Program-made: the position numbers and the translations under genes | Part shown: positions 16,097 to 25,447 of the stretch, one piece after another | Layout of the letters: each line of letters begins with the position of its first letter | How positions within the stretch are numbered: position 1 is the first letter of the stretch | From: Planctomycetaceae bacterium | Lineage (GTDB): Bacteria > Planctomycetota > Planctomycetia > Planctomycetales > Planctomycetaceae | Assembly (NCBI GenBank): GCA_034439795.1 | Contig: JAWXBB010000103.1 | Span: 7,423-71,422 of the forward strand | Length of the DNA: 64,000 nucleotides | Reading direction: 5' to 3' | The notes under the pieces: model-generated | Database searches by the model: none | The model's input: the letters and a program-made list of their open reading frames with translations, nothing else | Told to the model about the DNA's origin: nothing

Positions 16097-17506
16097 TCAC
16101 GCAAACAGCCCCACCAGCGGCTCGCCGTCGCACACGCGGTGCGGGCGGTGGAGCTGGTCGTGGAATTCGGCGTCGAGCGGAATCCCCAGCGCGTGGTGGA
16201 TCGTGGCGATGAAATCCTCCGGGCTGACCGGGTTCTGCGTCGGGTAGGCGGCCTGACGGTCGCTCGCGCCGTAGACCTGTCCGCCTTGAATGCCGCCGCC
16301 CGCGAGGACGACCGATTGGCACGGTCCCCAGTGGTCGCGGCCCGCCTGCGGGTTGATCTTCGGGGTCCGGCCGAACTCGCCCATCATCGCGACCAGCGTG
16401 TCGTCGAGCAGGCCCCGTTGCGACAGGTCTTCGATGAGCGCCGAATAGCCCCGGTCGAGCGACGGCAGGCAATACGGCTCCTGCAACATCTGCCGCCCGG
16501 TGATGCTGTTGAGAGAGGCGGTGCCGCCGTGGTTGTCCCAGACATTGAGGACGTTGCCGTCCTTGGGGGCGACGTAATACCACACCAGCGTGACCAGCCG
16601 GACGCCGTGTTCGACCAGCCGCCGGGCCAGCATGAACGCTTCGCCGTATTCGTTGCGGCCGTAGCGGTCGCGGGTCTGGTCGGATTCGCGGACGACGTCG
16701 AACGCCGTCTTCGCCTCGGGGGCGAGCAGCATCCGGTAAGCCTGCTCGCGCGCCGATTCCATCCCGGCGACGGCCCCGCGATCCCCCAACGATTGCAGCC
16801 GGCGGTCGGTCTCTTCGAGGATGCTCAGCAGCCCGACGCGCGATTGCATGCGAATGGCGTCGAGTCCGGTCGGCAGATCGAGCGAGTGCGGCGGCGGCCC
16901 ATTCACCTCCGCGGGCGCCTGCAGTTCGAGCGGGTCGAACCTTGGTCCCAGAAACCCGGCGTGCGTGCCGGTGTAGATCACGCCATCGTGCCCGATCGGC
17001 CGCGGAATGGTGACCGCCGCGGGGAGCGCCTGCGGGGGACTGAAGTACGACACAACCGAGCCGACGTTGGGAAAGTCGGTCCGATTCCGCAGGTTGCGGG
17101 GGACGACGAGGCCGTCCTTGAACCGGCCGGTCATCGTGTAATTGACGCCGACTTCGTGCAGGTTGCTCGGATGGTTGTACGACCGGATGATCGCCAGCTT
17201 GTCGGTCTGCCGGGCGATCAGCGGCAACTGATCACAAATCTGGATGCCGGGGACGACGGTCTCGGTGGCCCCGAACTGACTGCGAATGCCCTCGGGGGCG
17301 TCCAGCTTCGGGTCAAACGTCTCCTGCTGCGGTGGCCCGCCCCACAGATAGACCAGAATGCACGACTTCGCGCTAGCAGTCGGCGACAGTCGCCCGTCCG
17401 CCGTCACCCGTGGTCGATGCTGCTCCGCCTGCACGAGCCTGGGCAGCGTCAGTCCGCCGAGACCCACGGTCCCCAATCGCAACAGGGCATCGCGGCGATG
17501 CAGCAT
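16097..17506 (-). CDS. DUF1501 domain protein (sulfatase-fold, TAT-signal)
   Basis: ORF 16097..17893 trimmed to ATG 17506 (MLHRRDALLRLGTVGLGGLTLPRL, a twin-arginine-like signal). GEFGRTPKINPQAGRDHWGPCQSVVLAGGGI is characteristic of DUF1501. The upstream part of the ORF translates a palindromic repeat. Confidence 0.85.
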   Translation of the reverse strand: MLHRRDALLRLGTVGLGGLTLPRLVQAEQHRPRVTADGRLSPTASAKSCILVYLWGGPPQQETFDPKLDAPEGIRSQFGATETVVPGIQICDQLPLIARQTDKLAIIRSYNHPSNLHEVGVNYTMTGRFKDGLVVPRNLRNRTDFPNVGSVVSYFSPPQALPAAVTIPRPIGHDGVIYTGTHAGFLGPRFDPLELQAPAEVNGPPPHSLDLPTGLDAIRMQSRVGLLSILEETDRRLQSLGDRGAVAGMESAREQAYRMLLAPEAKTAFDVVRESDQTRDRYGRNEYGEAFMLARRLVEHGVRLVTLVWYYVAPKDGNVLNVWDNHGGTASLNSITGRQMLQEPYCLPSLDRGYSALIEDLSQRGLLDDTLVAMMGEFGRTPKINPQAGRDHWGPCQSVVLAGGGIQGGQVYGASDRQAAYPTQNPVSPEDFIATIHHALGIPLDAEFHDQLHRPHRVCDGEPLVGLFA

Positions 17507-17688
17507 GACGGTTGATCCCAGCCTGAAGGAACGCCGACCCGGCAGGTCCAGCGCCAACCCGTCGCAACGCACGCATCGTAGCGAGTTGATGCGATGGCGG
17601 TCAATTGGCGATGAATGTTGGGCATCAATCGGTGGGGCAAGTTTGTTGGCAATGCACCCATTCTTGGCCCATGCCGGGGCCGCGGACT

Positions 17689-17928
17689 GTAGCCACGGGT
17701 GAAGCGCAGCCCGCGGCGGGCGGAGCGCAACCCGTGGACATTGTGCCCTGAAATCTTCCGTCCCGAAGGGCCGGCAGAAGTTCGCGGCTGACGCACTGAC
17801 GCACGCTCCCTTTGCCCCTGCCGGGGCAAGTCCCACTTCCTCAATCCAACCACGGGTTCCGCGTCGGGCGGCAAGACCGCCGCGCCGCTCCACCCGTGGC
17901 TACAACCCGGTCGCCCCTACCGGGGCTG
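17689..17928. repeat. Nested-palindrome element with family-C-like architecture but different arm sequence
   Basis: Arms GTAGCCACGGGTGAAGCGCAGCCCGCGGCGGGCGG / CCGCCGCGCCGCTCCACCCGTGGCTAC. Inner CCGTCCCGAAGGGCCGGCAGAA and TTGCCCCTGCCGGGGCAAG hairpins. Upstream of the DUF1501 gene. Confidence 0.7.
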
Positions 17929-17979
17929 AGAAGACTGTTGACCGCGACATCCGGTGCCCCCCAACGAACGACAACCCCA

Positions 17980-19377
17980 TCACTCGCGCAACCGCTTCAC
18001 AACTCGCTGCACGCTCGCGGCGATGCGGTCTTCGATGCCGCCGTCCCAACGAAACGCGGGGCGGCCGTATTCGTAGAGGTTCGAGCCTCCCTCGTAGCCC
18101 CCCTCGTCCCACACGCGGCGCGAGGGGATGTAGGCGATCATGTCGTCGGCGTAACCGCAGACCCAGGTGCCGGGGCCGAACTCGTGCTTGAAGCGGAGCG
18201 CGTAGTCCACCACCGTCTCTGCTCCCATGCCGATGATGAGCATCTCATTGCCGAGTCGCCACGCATGCACCGGATACGGATACGCCGCCTCGAATTTGTC
18301 CCCGGCGTCCAATTTCTTCAGCAGTCGCGCCGCCCACCGCGCTTTGATGGCGTTCGTGTCCTTGAGCAACCCCTGCAACTCTTCGCGCGAGACGACGTTC
18401 AAATACGGCAGCTCGACGATCTCGAACGCCGTCCGCAGACCGGACGACACCGGCTTGAGCGGTTGTTTCAGCACATCCTCGACCGCGACCGCCAATTGAT
18501 GGCCGTACTTCTGACAGAGTTCGACGCTGCGGCGCGGCAGCGGGTTCTGATCGCCGCCGCAGGTGTTGACGAACATGGCGGTGACGCCGGGGTGGCTGGT
18601 CTCCAGTTCGAGCTGCGCGAAGCCGGGATAGTCGCCGCACCACGTGAGAAAGCTGAGCGTCGTCGGATGGCAGGCGTAGCCGAACAGCACGGCGTCGAGG
18701 CGGCCGTCGGGGCGGGTCACCGTCAGCACCGGGACGGAATGATCGACCGGCCCGACCAGCGGCGTCCCCGCGGCGAGCAGCGCCGGGACGTCGGGCTCGC
18801 GATTGTTGCGACGGTTCACGGCAAACGTGGCGACGCCGTCGCCGGTCTGCAACCGCGCGGGGGCGAGCTTCGACAAGGCGTCGCCGACCAGCGTCACGCA
18901 ATTCGCGACCATGCGGTCGGTGTACTCGTTGACCAAGGCGACCTGCTCGTCCTCCACGGGATAGTAATCGACGAGGTCGTCCCCCAGCCGCGGGCCGCAG
19001 TGGTTGTGCGAGAACGTCAGCATCACCTGTTCGCGTTCGAGCTGGAACTGCGACCGCAGCCGGGCGAACACCCGGTCGCTCATCGACTTCGGCACCCCCT
19101 GGAAATCGCTGGTGATCAGCACCGCACGGCGGCCGGCGTGGTCTTCCAGCGCGAGCGCCTTCATCCACAACTCGTGCAGCTTCCCATCCGGCGGCCGCTT
19201 CGATCCGTATCCGGCGAGCCACACGGATTTCTCGGGTGTGATGACCGCCTTCGCAATCCCCGCCTTCCAGCCTGAGCTTGAAGTCGCGTCCTGCGCGGCG
19301 ACATTGGCCGCGCTCAATGCTGCAATGAAGAATGAGAGTCCGAGAATTGCGATGCTTCGCCGTTCCGTGTTCGCCAT
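17980..19377 (-). CDS. Secreted hydrolase, neutral/alkaline ceramidase-like (tentative)
   Basis: 465-aa ORF with signal peptide (SIAILGLSFFIAALSAANVAAQD). The N-terminal region KSVWLAGYGSKRPPDGKLHELWMKALALED resembles ceramidase_alk-type proteins common in planctomycetes. Family call is from memory only. Confidence 0.5.
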   Translation of the reverse strand: MANTERRSIAILGLSFFIAALSAANVAAQDATSSSGWKAGIAKAVITPEKSVWLAGYGSKRPPDGKLHELWMKALALEDHAGRRAVLITSDFQGVPKSMSDRVFARLRSQFQLEREQVMLTFSHNHCGPRLGDDLVDYYPVEDEQVALVNEYTDRMVANCVTLVGDALSKLAPARLQTGDGVATFAVNRRNNREPDVPALLAAGTPLVGPVDHSVPVLTVTRPDGRLDAVLFGYACHPTTLSFLTWCGDYPGFAQLELETSHPGVTAMFVNTCGGDQNPLPRRSVELCQKYGHQLAVAVEDVLKQPLKPVSSGLRTAFEIVELPYLNVVSREELQGLLKDTNAIKARWAARLLKKLDAGDKFEAAYPYPVHAWRLGNEMLIIGMGAETVVDYALRFKHEFGPGTWVCGYADDMIAYIPSRRVWDEGGYEGGSNLYEYGRPAFRWDGGIEDRIAASVQRVVKRLRE

Positions 19378-19438
19378 GAAACGCCTCCGGCAGTCTGTCG
19401 CCAGTCAAGCGGCTACATTGAGGCCATGCCATCGACCG

Positions 19439-20005
19439 CTATTGGCCATCATTGGATTTGCTGATTTTCACCTCACCGAACGTCATGAAGACGTACGACG
19501 GGCCGGCCGGTCCCCGATAAGCGCCTTGCGCGCCGCACAGCTTGACCGCAAGCGCGGCCATGTCCCACGCATCCTCTTCGGTGCCCGTCCATTTGCGCGT
19601 CGTCAATTTCTCGATGCCGTGTCGTTCGCCGTACTCTTTGAGCTTCCGCGAATCGCGTTTCAGGCCATCGAGAATCGACGGATTGTCCCAGGCCCAGAGC
19701 CACGAGTTGTCGTTGGTGCTGAACGAGCCGATGATCTGCGCGGGGGCGACCGCGGTGGTGCCGTCGTCGTTCGAGAACACGAGGTCGCCGACTTCCTGGT
19801 CGATGTCCCAGCGGTCGAACGTGCCGAGCCCCCACGCCTTGTGAGCCTCGGTCTTGAGCTTCAGCTCCTGCATGCTCACGTCGAGGAGCTGTTGGAATTC
19901 GTCCGGCTTGGGGGTGGGGGCGAGCGCAACCATCGGTTTGTCACATCCGAACGGCGACAGAATGAGCAACAGGCCACACACGACGAAGCCCGTACGTTGG
20001 TGCAT
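19439..20005 (-). CDS. Hypothetical lipoprotein
   Basis: 188-aa ORF with lipobox-like N-terminus (GLLLILSPFGCDK), protein-like composition and no recognisable catalytic motif. Confidence 0.6.
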   Translation of the reverse strand: MHQRTGFVVCGLLLILSPFGCDKPMVALAPTPKPDEFQQLLDVSMQELKLKTEAHKAWGLGTFDRWDIDQEVGDLVFSNDDGTTAVAPAQIIGSFSTNDNSWLWAWDNPSILDGLKRDSRKLKEYGERHGIEKLTTRKWTGTEEDAWDMAALAVKLCGAQGAYRGPAGPSYVFMTFGEVKISKSNDGQ

Positions 20006-20039
20006 GACGACCGATCCTCAGAGTCGATTCCGATCAAAG

Positions 20040-20852
20040 TCACCCGGATTTCGCATGCGCGATCACAAAGTCCACCAGTTCCTGACACTGAAAGAAACCG
20101 GACCACATGTTGTGACCCTGTCCGGCCCGGATGAGGAGTTGCATCTCGCCGCCGAGGGCCTGGTAGCGCGTCCGCACTTCTCCGGAGTTGGCCTCCAGCG
20201 GGACGACTTTGTCTATGTCGCCGTGGATCGCGAACAGCGGCACTTTCGCCTTCGCGAGCGCGGCGAGCTTGTCGATGGGGTTGTGCTCGGAAAGTTTCGC
20301 CGCCAGTTCGTCCGGCGTCATCTGGTACGCGCCGCTGGCCTTCGCCAGACCGGGATAACTGGCGATGTTGCAGACCGGGTAAATGCCCGCGAACCCGCCG
20401 ACCTTGTCCGCGTTCTCGACGGCCCAGCCGAGCGTCATCAGCCCGCCGCGGCTGCGGCCCAGCAGCACCGGCTTGCGCGAATAGCCCCGCTGCTCCGTCA
20501 ACTCCCGATACAAAGTCGAGAATTGCTTGCGACCCTCGGGGCTGCCGTAGGATTCGCCGACGTCGATCCCCGCGATGGCGATGCCGGCCTTCGTGAAGCG
20601 CTCAAACATCCAGCGCTCTTCCGTGCCGGGCAGGTTGGGAAACGTCGGCGCGTACCACACCCACGGCGTCGCACCGTCGGACGATTTCGTTTCGGCGAGG
20701 ATCAGAAACGCCGGCCGGTCGGCGACTCGGAAGACCTCGCCGGGCAGCGGCAACCGCTTTGCGGTCGGGGCGGTTTCCGGTGCTTGTGCGTCGGTAGTGC
20801 GGGCCAGACAGAGAACCAGCAGACCGCAGAAAAGTCGCTTGGTGTTCAGCAT
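20040..20852 (-). CDS. Secreted alpha/beta hydrolase (esterase/peptidase S9-like)
   Basis: Signal peptide MLNTKRLFCGLLVLCLARTTDAQA. Nucleophile elbow LLGRSRGGLM (GxSxG). HGDIDKVVP and GQGHNMW are consistent with the Asp/His of the triad. Confidence 0.75.
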   Translation of the reverse strand: MLNTKRLFCGLLVLCLARTTDAQAPETAPTAKRLPLPGEVFRVADRPAFLILAETKSSDGATPWVWYAPTFPNLPGTEERWMFERFTKAGIAIAGIDVGESYGSPEGRKQFSTLYRELTEQRGYSRKPVLLGRSRGGLMTLGWAVENADKVGGFAGIYPVCNIASYPGLAKASGAYQMTPDELAAKLSEHNPIDKLAALAKAKVPLFAIHGDIDKVVPLEANSGEVRTRYQALGGEMQLLIRAGQGHNMWSGFFQCQELVDFVIAHAKSG

Positions 20853-21045
20853 TGGTCAGACTTTCCCGAAGGTTGAAGCGGCGCGTCTCTCGGTGTTGCT
20901 GGCGAAGATTTTATCCACAGATTTCGCCGATTGCGCAGATTCAAGATATGAGGATTCGCGGGGGCGGTCCCATGGCGTTGTCCCATCGTTGGATTTCAAT
21001 CTGCGAAATCTGTGAAATCTGCGGACAACCGCTCTTGGCCTTCTC

Positions 21046-23691
21046 TTACGGCCGGTCCCACACCGCGGGGAGCGACTTCGACATCTCGCCGAAGGTTTGC
21101 GAGACCACGAACCCGCTGGCCTGCGACGTGTAGAAGATGCGGCCGTTCGAGACCACCGCACCCAGGCACTCGCGCGAGTCGATCGCCGGACCGGTGGACA
21201 CCAGCTGGCTGTCGGCGGACAGGTCGATCATGTCCATGTTCGCGCCGAGGATGTACGGCTCGGACAGCGTGAACCGGCAGCAGGCGTAATTGTGGCCGAC
21301 GCCCCCCACGACTTTGCCGGTGTCGCGGTCGAAGACGTTCCCGCGGCCGCGGAGCGCGTTCGAGAAGATGAACTGCTCGCCGACGCTGACGACGTTGAGC
21401 GCCGAGGTCACGACGTCGGACTGCCAGATCAGCGAGCCGTCTTTGGCGTCGAGACACCAGACGAAGCGGTCCTTGGTGGTCTCCACGGCGGGGTTGTAGC
21501 CGCCGATGTAGAGCCGGCCGTCGCGCGCGCTGAGCGTGCACTTGGCGGTCACGTAGAATTTCGTCGTCAGCCACTTCACGTCGCCGGTCGCGGGGTCGAG
21601 GCAGGCGGTCAGGCCGTTGTTGTCCGGTGGCAGTCCGCGGCGAGCGCGCTGGCTGGCGGCAAATCCGAAGAACGTCGAGTAGAACAATTTGCCGTCGAGG
21701 AGGCAGATGCCGCAGTCATTGCCGCCGCGGCCGTACTCGGAGAAGTCTTTCTGCCAGACGATCTTGCCGGTGTCCAAGTCCCACGCCCACAGCAACGGTC
21801 GGTTGTCCTTGGGGTAGTACGGATTGTCGTTGGAGTAGATCCAGCTCATAACTTCCGCGTTGTCCGCGGCCGTCGCGGGCGTCCCCTTGAACGTGAACGG
21901 CTTTTCGGTCCCCTGCGCTGCGTAACTCCCCGAACCGGACGCATAGATGGCGACATTCCCCTGCACGAGCGGCGGGAACTGGCGGCTCCAACTGGGCGAA
22001 CCGGTGAACGGCGCTTCCCACAGCAGCTTGCCCGTGGCCGCATCGAGACAGCGCATCAGCGAGCGCTTGATGCCCGCCTGTGGCACCAGCAGTTTGCCGT
22101 TTACGTACAACGGCGACGTGAAGGACAGATACACATCGGGCCAATGTCGTCGCCACAACAGCCGGCCGGTGTCCTGTTCGACGGCGATGATCTGGCCCTC
22201 GGCCGTGTGCGAGTACAGCCGCCCGCCGCCGCACACCGGCAGATGCTTGATGGTCCCCTCCAGCCGCCGTACCCACCGCATCCGCAGCGGCGGCTTCAGC
22301 CCCTGCGAGTTGGCGTTGGTGCCGCCGAAGTCGCCGTAGTTCGTGTACCAGTCGTACTTCGCGTCCGCCAACGGGCCGGTGAGCGGACTGCGAATTCTCC
22401 ACACTTCCAGATCTTTCTGCGGTAACGGCGCGGTTCCGTTGTGACCGAGCACATACAGATAGCCGTCCTCGCAGCCCGCATAGATTTTTCCGTCGGCGAT
22501 CGCCACCGGCGCGGTGATCGGCGCATCGAAAGCGGTCGCGAAGGAGTGCGTCTCGCCACCGGACAAGGGGACGACGTACAACTTGCCGTCGAGGCCGCCG
22601 TAGATCGCATGATCGCGCGTCAGCACGGGGGGACAGATGGACGCCGCCGGGCACAGCACTTCCGGCTCATCCTTCCCGGCGGTATGCCGGCACAGACCCA
22701 GGCCCTCTTCGGGACGGACGCGGTACACGTCGCGACCGCGAATGCTCACCTGGGCGACGCTCAGCAGACCGGGCAGTTGAATCGCCGTCTGCGTCCCCTT
22801 CACGAAATCGGTTTCGAGCTTGTCGCCATTCAGCCGCAGAATCTCGACCCGGCCGGCGTTGTCCCGGCGATGCCATTGGACATAGACGTTGCCGTCGGCG
22901 TCGGCGCTTTGTCCGAACGTCGCCGGGAATTCCGCGCCGTCGTAAGCCGGAATCTCGCCGACCACGCGCAACTGCGGCCGGTCGCCGGCGTCGTCGAGGA
23001 AGATGGTTCTCCCACCCGCCGGCACGACGACCGTCTTCCCCACGAGGCACAGATCGCGCGAGCAGACGAAGTGGTCGCGCCAAGTCACGCGATCCTTCCG
23101 TTGGGCGAGCCAGTCTTCACCGCTCCAGCGATTGCCGTCGAACTGGATGACCTCTTTGACGAAGTCCCACGTCCAGGCGACCTGGCCCGCCGGTTCCACC
23201 GCATAGACTTGAGCTCCGAGGGTGGCGAAGTACACCCGATCGGTCCCCACGGCGGGTGACGACAGAATCGGTTCGCGGCAATCGATTTCGCGGACGACCG
23301 CACCCGTCTCCCGATCGAGCACGTAGTAATACCCGGCCGCCGTGCCGACATGCACGTACTTCCCGACGATCGCCGGGGCCGCGACGTTGTTGCAGTTTCC
23401 CGCGCCGCCGCGTGTGGCGAACTTCCACACCACCTTGAGCGTTGTCGTGTCGATCGCAAACACAACGCCCGAACCATCCACGACAAACGCCCGGCCTTCG
23501 CTGACCACGGGCGCTGCAAAGATTCCATCCGTCAAAGGAATCGCGGCCAGCAACCCCACAGGCGACTGAATCGACACCCCCGGCGCGTTGCCCGACCGCT
23601 GGGCATCCCCCTGGAGTTGTCCCCACTGTTCGGCAGCGAGCGCGGTCCCCGCCGACAGCGCCAGAACCACGATCTGAGAAACCGCTCGCAT
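21046..23691 (-). CDS. PQQ-like (BamB-type) beta-propeller repeat protein, secreted
   Basis: 881-aa ORF with signal peptide (VVLALSAGTALAAEQ). Many approx 40-aa repeats of the type G.VVA.D..TG...W (DGKIYAGCEDGYLYVLG, DAATGKLLWEAPF, DPATGDVKWL, DAKDGSLIWQ). Confidence 0.8.
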   Translation of the reverse strand: MRAVSQIVVLALSAGTALAAEQWGQLQGDAQRSGNAPGVSIQSPVGLLAAIPLTDGIFAAPVVSEGRAFVVDGSGVVFAIDTTTLKVVWKFATRGGAGNCNNVAAPAIVGKYVHVGTAAGYYYVLDRETGAVVREIDCREPILSSPAVGTDRVYFATLGAQVYAVEPAGQVAWTWDFVKEVIQFDGNRWSGEDWLAQRKDRVTWRDHFVCSRDLCLVGKTVVVPAGGRTIFLDDAGDRPQLRVVGEIPAYDGAEFPATFGQSADADGNVYVQWHRRDNAGRVEILRLNGDKLETDFVKGTQTAIQLPGLLSVAQVSIRGRDVYRVRPEEGLGLCRHTAGKDEPEVLCPAASICPPVLTRDHAIYGGLDGKLYVVPLSGGETHSFATAFDAPITAPVAIADGKIYAGCEDGYLYVLGHNGTAPLPQKDLEVWRIRSPLTGPLADAKYDWYTNYGDFGGTNANSQGLKPPLRMRWVRRLEGTIKHLPVCGGGRLYSHTAEGQIIAVEQDTGRLLWRRHWPDVYLSFTSPLYVNGKLLVPQAGIKRSLMRCLDAATGKLLWEAPFTGSPSWSRQFPPLVQGNVAIYASGSGSYAAQGTEKPFTFKGTPATAADNAEVMSWIYSNDNPYYPKDNRPLLWAWDLDTGKIVWQKDFSEYGRGGNDCGICLLDGKLFYSTFFGFAASQRARRGLPPDNNGLTACLDPATGDVKWLTTKFYVTAKCTLSARDGRLYIGGYNPAVETTKDRFVWCLDAKDGSLIWQSDVVTSALNVVSVGEQFIFSNALRGRGNVFDRDTGKVVGGVGHNYACCRFTLSEPYILGANMDMIDLSADSQLVSTGPAIDSRECLGAVVSNGRIFYTSQASGFVVSQTFGEMSKSLPAVWDRP

Positions 23692-24136
23692 GGCTTGTGA
23701 CTCCGGAAGCCGGGGGGACGGAAAACCAACGATGCCAAGCTGGACGGAGTTCAGAATAACATCGGCTGGTGTTTCCTTAAACGAACTTCGGGAACGAGGG
23801 CCATCTTGACGGAAGCGGCGGTTCGCCGCGACGATTCCGCGACCCGTCGCCGAACTCGATCAAAACGAAGACGTGCAGAGGGTAGAATTGGTCCGCCGGT
23901 GAAACGATCCGAGTGATTGTTTCAACCGCAAGCCCGACGCTGAAGTTCCAAATCCCAAGCAAGCTCCAATTCCCAAATCCGAAACGGTGCACGGCGATCG
24001 CATTTGGAGCTTATTTCCGCCCTTTGGAGTTTGCCTGGAACTTGGGATTTGTCATTCGGAACCTCCCTAATCTTCGCGGCGTGTGAAGAATGAAGACCTC
24101 AGTAGCACGGCTTGCAAATCCCGTGATCGGAGCCTC

Positions 24137-25327
24137 ATGAGCATCTACGAATCGCTGGGCGTGACGCCGGTCATCAATGCGCTGGGCACGTTCACGCGGC
24201 TGGGTGGCAGCCTGATGTCCCCCGAAGTGCTGCGGAACATGCAGGAGGCGGCCGGGAGTTTTGTCTGCATGGAGGAATTGCAGCACGCCGTAGGTAAGTT
24301 CATCGCCGAATTGACCGCGGCGGAGGCGGCCTACGTGACCTCCGGCGCCCAGGCCGCATTGGTGCTCTCCGTGGCGGCCAGCATCACCGGGCTCGACGCC
24401 GCGAAGATGGACCGGCTCCCGGAGACCGCCGGGCTGCGGAACCAGGTCGTGATGGCCCGGTTTCACCGTAATCACTACGACCATGCCGTTGAAGCCGCCG
24501 GCGGGCTAATCGTGGAAGCGGGGAACGAACGCGATTGCCGGCAGGAAAACTTGTCCGCGGTCATCAACGACCAGACGGCGGCCATCCTCTATCTCCCGTG
24601 GCACGAGGATCGCCTCGCGTTGGCCGATGTGGTGGCGGTCGCGCGGCGTCATCGCATCCCCGTCATCGTCGATGCGGCCGGATGCTGCGACGAGCCGCGC
24701 AATCTGACGCGCTTCGTGGCCGCCGGCGGCGATCTCGTCTGCTTCAGCGGGGGGAAGTTCCTCCGCGGCCCGCAGGCGTCGGGCTTTGTCTGCGGGCGAC
24801 GCGACCTGATCTCGGCCATCGCCTGGCAGCATCTCGACATGGACTTTACGCCCGACGTGTGGACCGCCCCACCCGCACTGCTCTCGCCCGGCGAGCTGGC
24901 CTTCATTCCGCGACAGGGGATCGGTCGCGGATACAAAGCCGGCAAGGAGGAAATCGTCGGCCTTGTCACCGCGCTCCGGTTGTACTTCGCGCGCGACCAC
25001 GCCGCCGAGAAGGAGCAGTGTCTCCACAAGTTGCAGGCGATCGCCGACGGGCTGCGCGGCGTCCCGCACGTCACGGTGGAGATCATTCATCCCGATCCCG
25101 CACGCGGCGGCTTCGCGCGGGCTCGCATCGCGATTGATCGCACGACGCTCGGCCTGTCCGGCTACGACTTCATCCGGGCGCTCATCCAGGGACGACCGTC
25201 GATTCATCCCGGCGAACGGGAATTGGACAACGGGGCGGTCATCGTTCATCCGTTCGGTTTGCAGGACGGCGACGAACAAGCCATCGTGCGGCGCGTGCGG
25301 GAGATCGTCACATCCGCGCTTGGTTAG
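24137..25327 (+). CDS. SelA-like / DgaE-like PLP-dependent enzyme
   Basis: ORF 24083..25327 trimmed to ATG 24137 (MSIYESLGVTPVINALGTFTRLGGS). FSGGKFLRGPQASGF contains the candidate PLP lysine. Overall similarity to the L-seryl-tRNA(Sec) selenium transferase-related family. Confidence 0.7.
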   Translation: MSIYESLGVTPVINALGTFTRLGGSLMSPEVLRNMQEAAGSFVCMEELQHAVGKFIAELTAAEAAYVTSGAQAALVLSVAASITGLDAAKMDRLPETAGLRNQVVMARFHRNHYDHAVEAAGGLIVEAGNERDCRQENLSAVINDQTAAILYLPWHEDRLALADVVAVARRHRIPVIVDAAGCCDEPRNLTRFVAAGGDLVCFSGGKFLRGPQASGFVCGRRDLISAIAWQHLDMDFTPDVWTAPPALLSPGELAFIPRQGIGRGYKAGKEEIVGLVTALRLYFARDHAAEKEQCLHKLQAIADGLRGVPHVTVEIIHPDPARGGFARARIAIDRTTLGLSGYDFIRALIQGRPSIHPGERELDNGAVIVHPFGLQDGDEQAIVRRVREIVTSALG

Positions 25328-25434
25328 CCGCGACCCGGAGGCTCTGCGCAGGGCAGCGCTGGGGTGAAGCGCACAACACGTGACGCGCGCTCCACGCAGC
25401 GCTCCCCTGCGCAGAGCCTCCGGGTCGCGGCTAA
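25324..25434. repeat. 111-bp near-perfect palindrome between convergent genes (bidirectional terminator candidate)
   Basis: Perfect 30-nt arms TTAGCCGCGACCCGGAGGCTCTGCGCAGGG (25324..25353) / CCCTGCGCAGAGCCTCCGGGTCGCGGCTAA (25405..25434). The left arm begins at the TAG stop of the SelA-like gene. Confidence 0.85.
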
Positions 25435-25447
25435 CAACCGATGAATG

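Noticed and set aside
20914-21025. Imperfect palindrome TCCACAGATTTCGCCGATTGCGCAGATTCAA ... TTCAATCTGCGAAATCTGTGAAATCTGCGGA between the alpha/beta hydrolase and the PQQ-propeller gene.
   Set aside because: The arms match only partly and there is no second copy in the window. It is noted but not strong enough to list as a feature.
23700-24136. 71-aa ORF 23777..23992 and possible ncRNA in the AT-richer gap upstream of the SelA-like gene.
   Set aside because: The ORF has no RBS or motif and overlaps imperfect inverted repeats (GTTCCAAATCCCAAG / CTTGGGATTTG). This is more likely promoter or repeat DNA, and there is nothing specific enough to call.
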